From the IMG/VR virus record IMGVR_UViG_3300020189_000007: a stretch of DNA of 64,000 nucleotides; one strand, 5' to 3'. Shown piece by piece: positions 50,083 through 58,570 of the stretch; positions within the stretch are counted from its first letter, which is position 1; every line of letters starts with the position of its first letter. This stretch comes from an uncultured virus (IMG/VR IMGVR_UViG_3300020189_000007). Taxonomy: Duplodnaviria > Heunggongvirae > Uroviricota > Caudoviricetes. The notes under the pieces are model-generated. The model saw nothing but the letters and a program-made list of their open reading frames with translations, had not been told where the DNA came from and made no database searches. Both the position numbers and the translations under genes were made by a program.

Positions 50083-50628
50083 TCACCCATTACGCTGCTG
50101 AAGAAGATAGACATAGTTCTCGTGAGTATCAGCCAGTCCTCCGAGCATATTGTCCATACCATAGCTAAGTACTCCCATATCTTCTAGAACTTGTGCGGTT
50201 CCTTCAGTTATCTGGACTAAAGCCTTAGTATATTCAAGAGCGAGAGCAGCAAGCCTCTCAGCTGGTAGACCTACAGGAGATTCCCACTCACCAAGAATAA
50301 GCATAGCGTCTCCCATAATCTTCATAGGGCAAGCAATAGACTCATCCTGAAGTACTCCGAGACCCTTCTCTACCACTCCGTCGACGGAGCCTTGTACCTC
50401 TTCATAGATCTTACCATAAAGCTCTACATGGTCACCAGCAAAGGACGGACCACTAACTACATTGTGCGCGCCGTGCATCCAAAGATGGTAAGCTCTAAGG
50501 AACCCAACATACGCACCAAGTACTTCGGATGGTGCCGGCATCATAAGATCATCAAGCTCTACGTGAGCATCAACTTCAACATTGTCTAGTTCAGCGCCAC
50601 ACGAACCGCAGCATTCTTTCAGTCTCAT
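50083..50628 (-). CDS. Dps/ferritin-like protein
   Basis: HGAHNVVSGPSFAGDH.LY..IYE....DGVVEK is a Dps ferroxidase pattern. Confidence 0.8.
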   Translation of the reverse strand: MRLKECCGSCGAELDNVEVDAHVELDDLMMPAPSEVLGAYVGFLRAYHLWMHGAHNVVSGPSFAGDHVELYGKIYEEVQGSVDGVVEKGLGVLQDESIACPMKIMGDAMLILGEWESPVGLPAERLAALALEYTKALVQITEGTAQVLEDMGVLSYGMDNMLGGLADTHENYVYLLQQRNG

Positions 50629-50927
50629 GATTCATCTCCTTGTTCCATACGTCTAATTTTGTAATCAAGATAGTGGTATACTTTACCGATGTTATCTGCA
50701 GCGACAGCGATCTTTGATTGTACCCATTCTGGTAGATCATCATCGTCAAGCAGTTTATCATGCAGTGATTGAGAATAACGAGCGATCTTGTCAAGTTGAG
50801 ATTTTGACATGCGACCCTCACCTTCACCGTAACCGAGTTGTCGAGGCTGTTCAGGTCCAACCACAAGATCATCTAGTGTAAGCTGCTCTGAGATAATTCT
50901 TCTAAGTTGTTGTTTTGTGATCTTCAT
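50625..50927 (-). CDS. Small acidic protein with MKIT leader
   Basis: MKITKQQLRRIISEQ; DDDLPEWVQSKI. Confidence 0.8.
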   Translation of the reverse strand: MKITKQQLRRIISEQLTLDDLVVGPEQPRQLGYGEGEGRMSKSQLDKIARYSQSLHDKLLDDDDLPEWVQSKIAVAADNIGKVYHYLDYKIRRMEQGDES

Positions 50928-50936
50928 GATTTCTCC

Positions 50937-51206
50937 CTATCGCATGCCAGACTTTGCGTCTTCAAAAGCTGCGCTTATCAAATCGACCGCTTCACTATCA
51001 GAAGCCCCGACGTCCGAGTGTTTCTCCATTAGGGCATTTAGCCTTTTTCTTGCATCACTCATAAACAAGGCAACTTCGTCAAGCAATGCGTCAAACTCTG
51101 CTTCTACTGACGATCCAGCATCGTTGTAAAGACCGTACTCACTCATACCAAATTCGTCGAACGATTCTTTGATGATTCTTCTAAGTTGTCTCTTGGTGAT
51201 TTTCAT
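50937..51206 (-). CDS. Small acidic protein with MKIT leader
   Basis: MKITKRQLRRIIKES. Confidence 0.8.
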   Translation of the reverse strand: MKITKRQLRRIIKESFDEFGMSEYGLYNDAGSSVEAEFDALLDEVALFMSDARKRLNALMEKHSDVGASDSEAVDLISAAFEDAKSGMR

Positions 51207-51209
51207 GAT

Positions 51210-51629
51210 TTAATCCTGTCCTATGTATCCGCGAGTGGAGACTTTTTCGCCGACCTTCTTGAGAAGCTCTGCGGCTGTTGGGCCGGTAGCTGAAGGGCCT
51301 GAGTTAAGGGCAGCTTCGATAGCACTTTCTGGATCGTCAAAATCCTTCCCTATACGACCAGAGATCGTATTGTTAAAGTTACCCCCAACTCGAGCAGTGT
51401 ATTTACCATCAGGGAGGAGGTATACAGTAATACCTTGATCGCTTTGACCACCAGCATTGTACTTGTAGCTCTGGTATTCTACGAACCACTTACCTTCTCG
51501 GCCCTTAATAGGACCCTGCATTTTGTCAGCATAGGGAGCAATCAGAGGGTGGCTTAGATCAGGAAACACTCCATCTTGACCCATTGCTTCTTGTAGAATA
51601 TTTCTAATCTGTGTTCTTGTGATCTTCAT
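51210..51629 (-). CDS. Protein with MKIT leader
   Basis: MKITRTQIRNILQEA. Confidence 0.8.
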   Translation of the reverse strand: MKITRTQIRNILQEAMGQDGVFPDLSHPLIAPYADKMQGPIKGREGKWFVEYQSYKYNAGGQSDQGITVYLLPDGKYTARVGGNFNNTISGRIGKDFDDPESAIEAALNSGPSATGPTAAELLKKVGEKVSTRGYIGQD

Positions 51630-51631
51630 GA

Positions 51632-52585
51632 TTACCCCGCCGTGTGTCTATAATAATCTACAATAATCTGGAGTCCATCACTGGAGACTTTCGATGTGTA
51701 GACTCCAGATAGAGCTGCCATTGAGCCACCTGCTTCCCGAACCTTAGCATCCCGGGTTTTAAGAAGATTAATATCTGCTTCTGGAACAGGCTGCCCGTCT
51801 TTTCTGGCGTATACAGTCTTCTGCCTAACATCCCCGCGGTAGCGACCATAAGGGTAGCTAGTGTCATCAGAAATAACGTCATAGTCTCTATTTAACAATT
51901 CAACGGCTCGCTTATTTGCGTCTATACCACTTTCTGCCATGATAGCTTCCCTGATGATCTTTCTAAGTTGTTTGTGCACAACACTTTCCTCAAAGAGCTC
52001 TGGATGTTTCTTCTTGATCTCGGCGTCGGACATACCAGAAGCACGCATTCTGGCAATCTTGACATCTTCGAAATCGTTCTTGCCGTCCTTGTTCTGATCC
52101 TTTGCCTCTGAATAGCGCTCAATTCTAGAACCAACAGGAACGTCAGCTGCTTCTACATCGCTGAGTGAATCTATACTGTAGGGGATCTGCTTTGCGCCAG
52201 GACTTAACGGCGCGAGGTAATCTAAAATTTGAGTTAACTCTTCGTCGTCATATGCGATCTCTGACTGGGGTTGACCGTTGATGGAGTAACCAACCACAAC
52301 AGGAAATTCAGTCTCTTCTGGCCGGGGCTGTTTTAGATCTCCAGGCCTTGAATGAGCCTGCATCTCTTGGATACGCCGCCGGACCTCTGCGACAATAATC
52401 TCTAGAGTCTCTGGACTCGCAACGTTCGATTCACCACCAGTGATCTTAGAATGGTCGAGGTCGTGGACGAGGTTTTCTCCGCCGGCCCAGGCATCTTCCG
52501 TAGCCTCTAAGTCTTCAAGCTTTTCAAGCTCAATCTCGAGCTGTTCAGCAATGATCTTTCGAATCTTGTCTCTTGAGTTGCGCAT
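51632..52585 (-). CDS. Modular protein with repeated leader-like motifs and an EF-hand-like loop
   Basis: KIRKIIAEQ, VRRRIQE, KQLRKIIREA; DQNKDGKNDFED. Confidence 0.75.
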   Translation of the reverse strand: MRNSRDKIRKIIAEQLEIELEKLEDLEATEDAWAGGENLVHDLDHSKITGGESNVASPETLEIIVAEVRRRIQEMQAHSRPGDLKQPRPEETEFPVVVGYSINGQPQSEIAYDDEELTQILDYLAPLSPGAKQIPYSIDSLSDVEAADVPVGSRIERYSEAKDQNKDGKNDFEDVKIARMRASGMSDAEIKKKHPELFEESVVHKQLRKIIREAIMAESGIDANKRAVELLNRDYDVISDDTSYPYGRYRGDVRQKTVYARKDGQPVPEADINLLKTRDAKVREAGGSMAALSGVYTSKVSSDGLQIIVDYYRHTAG

Positions 52586-52627
52586 ATAAAAAATCTCCCG
52601 TGCGTAGATACTAATAGTAAATATAAT

Positions 52628-52882
52628 CTAAGGCTGTGTATTGCTGGTCAGCAGCGGCATTATCTGCCACCTTTTGGGAGATCGCGCTGTATAAAGTTCG
52701 CCGGGAGAGAAGAGAAAAATACCAGTAGAGAGATTTTCTGAATCGTCTATCTTTTTCTTTACCGTGTAGAGGCGCCCAGCGAGACTTCTTGCCTCATCCC
52801 AAGTAGAGCATGCTCCGACGCACGTCTCCTTATTGACACTGGCATCTTTGTACCAGACGCAATAGAAAGACGAGACCATCAA
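52628..52882 (-). CDS. Hypothetical protein
   Basis: 84 aa, overlaps the upstream stop. Confidence 0.5.
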   Translation of the reverse strand: MMVSSFYCVWYKDASVNKETCVGACSTWDEARSLAGRLYTVKKKIDDSENLSTGIFLFSPGELYTARSPKRWQIMPLLTSNTQP

Positions 52883-53244
52883 TCTACTAGAATGCCTGCT
52901 AGCTTACGCCAACGTGCAAGGTCAGCTGACTCATTCAAATCATCATTACCAACGCTCTCAGGAATAAGCTGGAATCTGTGAGCAAGACGATCGCGGTTAG
53001 GAAGCTTGTCCCATCGAACAAGGTGATCGAACTCATGGTCTCCATGACCGACGACTTCACCGGCGCCCCATTCAGGGTGCGTAACACGAGTGCCGACAGG
53101 TAGTCGCTCAGCATCGCCCTTTGGCATGGGCATGGCAGCGTCCATCTCGTCTAGCTCATTGTGCTCGCCTTCTTCGTGTGCTTCTTCATTTAGCACTTCC
53201 ATGATCAGATTTCTCAACTGGGTTGCATTGATTTTGTTGGACAT
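52879..53244 (-). CDS. Leader-bearing protein with Tudor/CarD-like barrel
   Basis: KINATQLRNLIMEVLNE; VGTRVTHPEWGAGEVV; C-terminal LNES.DLARWRKLAGI. Confidence 0.75.
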   Translation of the reverse strand: MSNKINATQLRNLIMEVLNEEAHEEGEHNELDEMDAAMPMPKGDAERLPVGTRVTHPEWGAGEVVGHGDHEFDHLVRWDKLPNRDRLAHRFQLIPESVGNDDLNESADLARWRKLAGILVD

Positions 53245-53714
53245 TTTGATTTCTCCATCCTGGTTGTTTTTCTAAATATACAGCATCATCGCTCTGTTGC
53301 TTGATTGATTTTACGTACATGTGCAACCAGACAGCAACTATTATAGATATTACAGCGAACGTCTTGTTGATCTTCTTGATTCGCTCCAACACGACCCATC
53401 CGCCTCCTCCTCAACGATTACAGCTCTATTATAATAGTCAAACCCACGTTGTTACCTTTCCCACCCTCATACAATGGCACCGCCGGAGAGTGAAGTGGGT
53501 TTTCTCATTTATCGGCGCGTCGGCGCCGGACACACGCGTTTTTTTGGAAACAGTGAATAACGCGGGACGCGTTTTCGGCACACCCACTTTTTGCGTTTCA
53601 TGGGTGCATCCTCGCGCCGAAGGCGTGCCTTCTTGCTCGGATCGCACTCCAAGAGAAATCACAATACATCCAGTCACCATACTTAAAGGTAGATCGGTTG
53701 TGAAAGGATACCCT

Positions 53715-53993
53715 ATGGATATGGGTTTTGAATTAACGGTCTATGCTATTGCCATCATGATCACCGGGGGACTTGCCTTCGTAGTGCGGAGCGTCATCAC
53801 AATTGACAAGGCGCTCAAAAAGCAAATGAGTGAAATACAGGCGCAGATATCCAGAATCATGATGTCAGATCCAGATAGAGACTCGGAACTCAAGGGAGAA
53901 ATTGACTTGACTCACCCGCGAACAGGTGAGAAGCTCCGTGCCAAGGCACGCTTCAGAGTCATCTCCAGTCGTCCCGGGACTCGCCGACCTTAG
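53715..53993 (+). CDS. Small membrane-anchored protein
   Basis: ATG at 53715 after AAGGA RBS and ATACTTA; hydrophobic VYAIAIMITGGLAFVV. Confidence 0.65.
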   Translation: MDMGFELTVYAIAIMITGGLAFVVRSVITIDKALKKQMSEIQAQISRIMMSDPDRDSELKGEIDLTHPRTGEKLRAKARFRVISSRPGTRRP

Positions 53994-54029
53994 ACTCAAT
54001 CATGTCTCGAGACCGCGGGTCTCAGAGGG

Positions 54030-54311
54030 TCACTTGTGACCTACAACCTCGGCCCATGAACCCCACTCTTTAGCGCCGTCTCCGTCGTCAATGATCATGC
54101 AGTGTTGCATGATGCGTTCGTCAACATCTTCAGCGGTACCGGTCTCAGACCAGAGAACAGTCCAGACTTGACGTCGCTGTTGCCGGACTTCAGTCCAGTA
54201 GCGATCCGTGCTCGTGACGAGCCCGTGACCCAAGTGCGGATGAACGATGATGCACCCAACAAGGTTCCGGTGCAGAGCACCGCGCGGGGAGAATACAGTT
54301 TCCTTTGCCAT
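54030..54311 (-). CDS. SH3/Tudor-like small protein
   Basis: VGCIIVHPHLGHGLV...WTVLW. Confidence 0.65.
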   Translation of the reverse strand: MAKETVFSPRGALHRNLVGCIIVHPHLGHGLVTSTDRYWTEVRQQRRQVWTVLWSETGTAEDVDERIMQHCMIIDDGDGAKEWGSWAEVVGHK

Positions 54312-54328
54312 ATCGTTAAGTATACGCT

Positions 54329-54565
54329 CTAGATAATCGACGTTAACACAAGGTAATCGACGAGCCGGTTGGCGGGCCAGCCAGTTTGCAACTCACCCGT
54401 GTTCCATAGGACGCTACAGACAATGATGTAATCGGGACGATGCGTGCTTTGGCGCGTCGCAAATGCGGGTTCGGTCGTGACAGCAGTGATCAGCCCCGGG
54501 CCGTAGACCGGATGGTCAACAAGTGAGCCAATGATAACATCAGAATAGCGTGAGTCGGTGTCCAT
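54329..54565 (-). CDS. SH3/Tudor-like small protein
   Basis: IGSLVDHPVYGPGLI...SVLWNTG; start moved to MDTDS. Confidence 0.65.
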   Translation of the reverse strand: MDTDSRYSDVIIGSLVDHPVYGPGLITAVTTEPAFATRQSTHRPDYIIVCSVLWNTGELQTGWPANRLVDYLVLTSII

Positions 54566-54587
54566 AACATTTAAGTATACTAGCAGG

Positions 54588-54791
54588 TCACGGGCTGCCG
54601 GCAGAATGCACAAGCAACAGCACGTTCATATCAACATCCTTGAACATATCACCCGAGGCCCAGAGGACGTCTACAAACCGAGTACATGAATTAGAAAAGC
54701 GAGACTCACAAACCCGGGTAACAAGACCGAGTCCCATTGCTGTACCCAGTAGATCTCCGTCAACGCAGACAATGTCTCCCACACCGATCAC
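54588..54791 (-). CDS. SH3/Tudor-like small protein
   Basis: VGDIVCV..GLGLVTRV...VDVLWASG; GTG start overlaps the upstream stop. Confidence 0.6.
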   Translation of the reverse strand: MIGVGDIVCVDGDLLGTAMGLGLVTRVCESRFSNSCTRFVDVLWASGDMFKDVDMNVLLLVHSAGSP

Positions 54792-55084
54792 GAATATGCC
54801 TTCCTGATTTGGGCGATCGATTCGATCGAGAACCGACCATCCGGCCAAAGGACTTCATAGCGGACCCATTCACCCGAATACTCCTCTAGACCAGATGCTG
54901 CATCTCGCATCCATAGAGCTTCCCCCATTTCGAAGTCATCTCCCTCTCCAAACACCATACTCAAGAGTTCACGAGGTTCTACCCGCCTGATAACGAGTCC
55001 TGGGTAGGGATCGGTGTCTTCCTGCTCATGAACCCGGACCACTGTGTCTCCCGCGCCGATGCTGAGCTTGCTATGGTGCGTCAT
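54788..55084 (-). CDS. SH3/Tudor-like small protein
   Basis: AGDTVVRV..PGLVIRR...YEVLWPDG; start moved to MTHHS. Confidence 0.6.
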   Translation of the reverse strand: MTHHSKLSIGAGDTVVRVHEQEDTDPYPGLVIRRVEPRELLSMVFGEGDDFEMGEALWMRDAASGLEEYSGEWVRYEVLWPDGRFSIESIAQIRKAYS

Positions 55085-55337
55085 CTCGAACTCTCTGAAT
55101 GTGGTGTTCAACGATGTGATCTGGTCGACCCGATGCAATGCCGTCTCTGAACCACTGGACTGTGTACCACATGTGAGGGTCTGCCCATTCGTTACGCTGT
55201 GAGTCGGGGTCTGGGTACTTGACACCTACAATAAGACCCACTGCATCTCTAAAGACGTGACCGGAGTTGGCGCCGCCGATCGGTGGAGCCCACTGGACAA
55301 TGTCTCCTACTTTGAAGTCTCTGTTTTGTCTTGCCAT
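55071..55337 (-). CDS. SH3/Tudor-like small protein
   Basis: FKVGDIVQW..VGLIVGV...YTVQWF. Confidence 0.65.
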   Translation of the reverse strand: MARQNRDFKVGDIVQWAPPIGGANSGHVFRDAVGLIVGVKYPDPDSQRNEWADPHMWYTVQWFRDGIASGRPDHIVEHHIQRVRDDAP

Positions 55338-55588
55338 GGATTTCGATCCTCTGTGACTCGTGTTATCTCATTGTTGAAGACGTGCTCTTGAGTGATGCTG
55401 GGTTGTCCATCTGGGTAGAACCACTGCACAACATAGCGGACTCGCGGGTTGGGCACTCTGAATCCGGCGCCTCGAGGTTTGATATCTACTCGCGTCACGA
55501 TTCCCACGCGAGAATCGCTGTGGAAGCGGGGCCAGCCCCACCGGACCAGATCTCCGACCTCTATGAGCTTACTTGCGGACATATCCAT
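55307..55588 (-). CDS. SH3/Tudor-like small protein
   Basis: EVGDLVRW..VGIVTRV...YVVQWF. Confidence 0.65.
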   Translation of the reverse strand: MDMSASKLIEVGDLVRWGWPRFHSDSRVGIVTRVDIKPRGAGFRVPNPRVRYVVQWFYPDGQPSITQEHVFNNEITRVTEDRNPWQDKTETSK

Positions 55589-55808
55589 ATCCTTCCAATG
55601 TCAACATCCATCCACCGCATGGGGTCTTGCACCAGAGGTGGTGAGCGTACCGGCGACCTGAGCTGTAGATCGGGTTGGTGAAGTACCGAGTATAGTGCCC
55701 TTTGCTCCATACCTTTCCGCGCTCCTGGCACAAGTGCTTTGTGACATCCGTGTACCGCGCTCCTGGGTTATCGAATAGATAGTTGGCAATGATGTGGAGA
55801 TTGTTCAT
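55569..55808 (-). CDS. Small putative winged-helix protein
   Basis: MNNLHIIANYLFDNPGARYTDVTKHL...WMLTLEG; the upstream extension in the ORF track is judged non-coding. Confidence 0.55.
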   Translation of the reverse strand: MNNLHIIANYLFDNPGARYTDVTKHLCQERGKVWSKGHYTRYFTNPIYSSGRRYAHHLWCKTPCGGWMLTLEGYGYVRK

Positions 55809-55859
55809 GTGCTCTTCTTTCGTTTTCTTTAGTACCGCGTTGAGTCTCTCTCTTGGGGT

Positions 55860-56105
55860 ACCCTTTTCGTTTTCAAAATTTCCCGAGAATTTTTTTTGGG
55901 ATTTTGGGCTTTTGGTTTTCAAAATCGCTCCGAAAAAATTTTTTACCGCGCTTAGGCATATGCCCTCCAGAAAGGCCCACTGAGTAGGCTCCAGGGGGCC
56001 ACCAGAAGGGGCCAAAAGGGGCCTGTTTTCAGGGGCCCCCGATGGGGCCATCTGGGCCACTTTTTCTCGCTCGGAGTGGGGCCCCTCTGTACATTTTACC
56101 AGGCC
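55860..56105. repeat. A/T-tract block followed by clustered GGGGCC repeats
   Basis: GGGGCC at 55995, 56008, 56018, 56032, 56044 and 56078, GGGCC at 56054; T/A tracts across 55864-55944. Confidence 0.8.
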
Positions 56106-56134
56106 TGTTTACCAGCCCCCCTCTATACAGGAAC

Positions 56135-56479
56135 TCAAGGCCGAACAACTCTCCGGACCCGGACACGCTTCGGGGGTAGAGCTTTCCGAATCCGGGTGAT
56201 CATCCCGGCATCTGGTTCGTACCCCCGACGCTCTGCCGCTTCAAGCAGGTCTCTATATAGAGTCAGCATCTCTCTCTCGTTCCAGTCTCCCTCTAGCTCT
56301 ATGTTCGGCGGAGGCTTGTATAGAGGTACCACTTCTTCGCTGAGCTGGATGAGATACGTCATGCAGTTTGTGACGTGCCACTCTACGTTCTCTATATCTG
56401 TATCAAAGGCAGACATCTTGTCCCAGTCCTCTATCCAGAACATTCTGGCAATGTCTACTTTTTCTTCGTCTACTTTCAT
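56135..56479 (-). CDS. Hypothetical protein
   Basis: 114 aa, ATGA-coupled to the upstream gene. Confidence 0.65.
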   Translation of the reverse strand: MKVDEEKVDIARMFWIEDWDKMSAFDTDIENVEWHVTNCMTYLIQLSEEVVPLYKPPPNIELEGDWNEREMLTLYRDLLEAAERRGYEPDAGMITRIRKALPPKRVRVRRVVRP

Positions 56480-56784
56480 GTGATGCTCTCAAAATCTGTT
56501 TTTACTAGCGGCGGAAGCTCTCCACTGATCATGCCGCCATGTGCTTCAATACACATCATAACTGTATCAGCTGGTACCCAACCGTATACTGTCCCCGTTG
56601 GATCCTCCGGGGTCTCAGCGTATTCGTGGAGGTAGTAATCATATGAGGAGGGGAAACCTACCTCTACCGCAGTATAGGGTCCCTGGTCGTCACGTGGAGT
56701 ACAGTAGCTGCGTTCACTTGCCTGTACACTCATGGAGAATCCATCAGCACATTCCACTCGTTCATTTGCCTTCTTAAACTTCAT
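56476..56784 (-). CDS. Hypothetical phage protein
   Basis: CADGFSMSVQAS..YCTPR...VEVGFPS...VYGWVP; GGAGG RBS before the ATG at 56784. Confidence 0.75.
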   Translation of the reverse strand: MKFKKANERVECADGFSMSVQASERSYCTPRDDQGPYTAVEVGFPSSYDYYLHEYAETPEDPTGTVYGWVPADTVMMCIEAHGGMISGELPPLVKTDFESIT

Positions 56785-58184
56785 TACGCCTCCTGCAGAC
56801 TCTTTGGCCAAGTCATCTTTACGATGACGTCCTTCTTGTAGTTGAACATCCAGTCCTGAACTGCTCCGTCAGGGGTAACCACCCAAGCTCGGGGCAACCG
56901 GCTCGGACCCGGGTCAGGAGCGTAGCCGTCGGTCAGGATGATGTACCCGTCGAACTCCCGCTTGTGCTTTCCAGCGTGCTCGGTCGGAGCAGCGAAGTCC
57001 GTACCACCGCAGCGAGTCCGGTTGGCAGGGTGACCCTTACGCTTCCATACCGTCTTGCTCTTCTCATCCACCTCGGTGTCGAAGTGGTAGCAGGTGAACT
57101 CAGTGTTCTTGGCCAGGTTAGCCAGCTCGCCGAAGCAGAGGGCCAGCTCACGATCGCTGACTGAGCCGGACTGGTCAATGTAAGCTGCCACCGAGCTCGT
57201 GTACCCACGCTTGGCACCGGGAACCAAACGACCCATGGTGCTGTGAAGGCGGCTGTAGCTCGTGGTCCGGTTGGCCCGTCGGCTGTAACCACAGAAGCGG
57301 TCAAGGATCTTCTGCCAGGGAACTTCGTTGACCAGTGCTGCCTTGATCTGCTTCCGCAGTTCTGCAGGTACCGAACCCCAGCTACCCTTCTGGTCGCACT
57401 CCTTGGCAGCGTCACCAGCAGCCTGCTTGACCTTGGCCTTGATGTACTCACGGTCTTCATCGCTCATTTCGCCCCAGCCGTCATGGTCATCCAGCGTACC
57501 AGGGACAGTGGGGAGAGGGTTACCGTCAGCATCACAAATCTGACCGTTCTCGTTGATGGTCACATCACCATCGCGGAGAGCATCAGCCAGACTCTTACCG
57601 TTCTGCTTCGGGTTCTCAATGGCTTCCTTGACTTCATCATCTTCCATGAGCCGCGCGAAGTACCACTCAGCAGCCTGCCCAGCTGGGAAGCTTTCAATCT
57701 TCTTGGACACTGCCTCGTACTGCTTGACAGCTGCCTCACCCATTCGCTCCTGTTGTTCCTCAGTCAGCGGCTTAAACGCCTTACCCGGGAAGAGACCAAA
57801 CTCAGGAAGCTCGTCCATGAGGTGGCTGTTGATCGCCAAGTCAGTGGCGTAGTTCCAAACCTTGTGAGGCTCGTACTTACGAGTGGTGGTGTGTTCGAGG
57901 ATGAGGTGGAGCATCTCATGCTTGAGGACTCCCCGAATCTGCTTACCGGGCAGAGCCGCCATGAACCGGTCGTTCCAGTACATCTGCAGGTCCCCGTCCT
58001 TCGCAATAACTCCGGCGGTCGGGATCTTCCGAGTCCGGGTCTTGGTCAGGATTCGAAGGACCTTAGTGTAGAACGGCTCCTCCAGCATCATACCAACGAG
58101 GTGAGGCTGAAGGTCAAATGCCTTGGCTACCTCTTCAGAGGCGTGCTCAAAGGGAGCGTCTGTTGCGGTCGTCTTGTCTGCCAT
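56784..58184 (-). CDS. DUF2201-type metallopeptidase plus vWA protein
   Basis: HEMLH (HExxH), WNYATDLAIN, MIDAS DQSGS, GGTDF, LTDG. Confidence 0.88.
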   Translation of the reverse strand: MADKTTATDAPFEHASEEVAKAFDLQPHLVGMMLEEPFYTKVLRILTKTRTRKIPTAGVIAKDGDLQMYWNDRFMAALPGKQIRGVLKHEMLHLILEHTTTRKYEPHKVWNYATDLAINSHLMDELPEFGLFPGKAFKPLTEEQQERMGEAAVKQYEAVSKKIESFPAGQAAEWYFARLMEDDEVKEAIENPKQNGKSLADALRDGDVTINENGQICDADGNPLPTVPGTLDDHDGWGEMSDEDREYIKAKVKQAAGDAAKECDQKGSWGSVPAELRKQIKAALVNEVPWQKILDRFCGYSRRANRTTSYSRLHSTMGRLVPGAKRGYTSSVAAYIDQSGSVSDRELALCFGELANLAKNTEFTCYHFDTEVDEKSKTVWKRKGHPANRTRCGGTDFAAPTEHAGKHKREFDGYIILTDGYAPDPGPSRLPRAWVVTPDGAVQDWMFNYKKDVIVKMTWPKSLQEA

Positions 58185-58221
58185 GTGGACTCCTGTAGTT
58201 TTGGGAGAAGCTCTATTCCTT

Positions 58222-58268
58222 CCCCACCATCATTTATATAATACCACAGGTTAAAGCACTATTGCACG
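58222..58268 (-). promoter_or_regulatory. Repeated early-type promoter, copy 1
   Basis: CGTGCAA-N18-TATTAT-ataa-ATGATGGTGGGG. Confidence 0.8.
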
Positions 58269-58273
58269 AATGT

Positions 58274-58480
58274 CTACTCTTTGTCGTTATTATTCTCTGT
58301 CGGCGCCGTCTGAGGAGGGTTGATTGACTCTACCACAGCTGTCATACGGGCATGTAGGAACTCTAGTCGATCCTTAAAAGCCTGCTGTGTCCATCCATCG
58401 TTACGCATGTTAAGAGCTTCAGTATGCCACTCTCGAATCTGAGCGATCATCTCGTTAAGAGTTACTTTCTTTTCGGCCAC
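58274..58480 (-). CDS. Hypothetical protein
   Basis: 68 aa with GGAGGT RBS and GTG start. Confidence 0.7.
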   Translation of the reverse strand: MAEKKVTLNEMIAQIREWHTEALNMRNDGWTQQAFKDRLEFLHARMTAVVESINPPQTAPTENNNDKE

Positions 58481-58514
58481 GGGTTACCTCCTGTCTATAG
58501 AGGATTGTATAAAG

Positions 58515-58553
58515 AAGGGGGACCGAGTTAACCCAAAAACCCCGGTCCCCCTT
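58515..58553 (-). terminator. Hairpin / probable terminator after the AAA gene
   Basis: 11-bp inverted repeat AAGGGGGACCG / CGGTCCCCCTT. Confidence 0.6.
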
Positions 58554-58570
58554 AGGGAGCAAACTCCCGT

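Noticed and set aside
53186..53392. 68-aa minus-strand ORF with a hydrophobic stretch
   Set aside because: Overlaps the next gene and its promoter motif, and a competing frame shares the RBS; it could be real but cannot be supported.
53301..53714. N-terminal 138 aa of the 230-aa plus ORF
   Set aside because: Non-protein-like composition; a better start with RBS and promoter motif lies at 53715.
55809..56060. N-terminal extension of ORF 55569..56060
   Set aside because: It is a translation of the GGGGCC/A-tract repeats; the plausible start is 55808.
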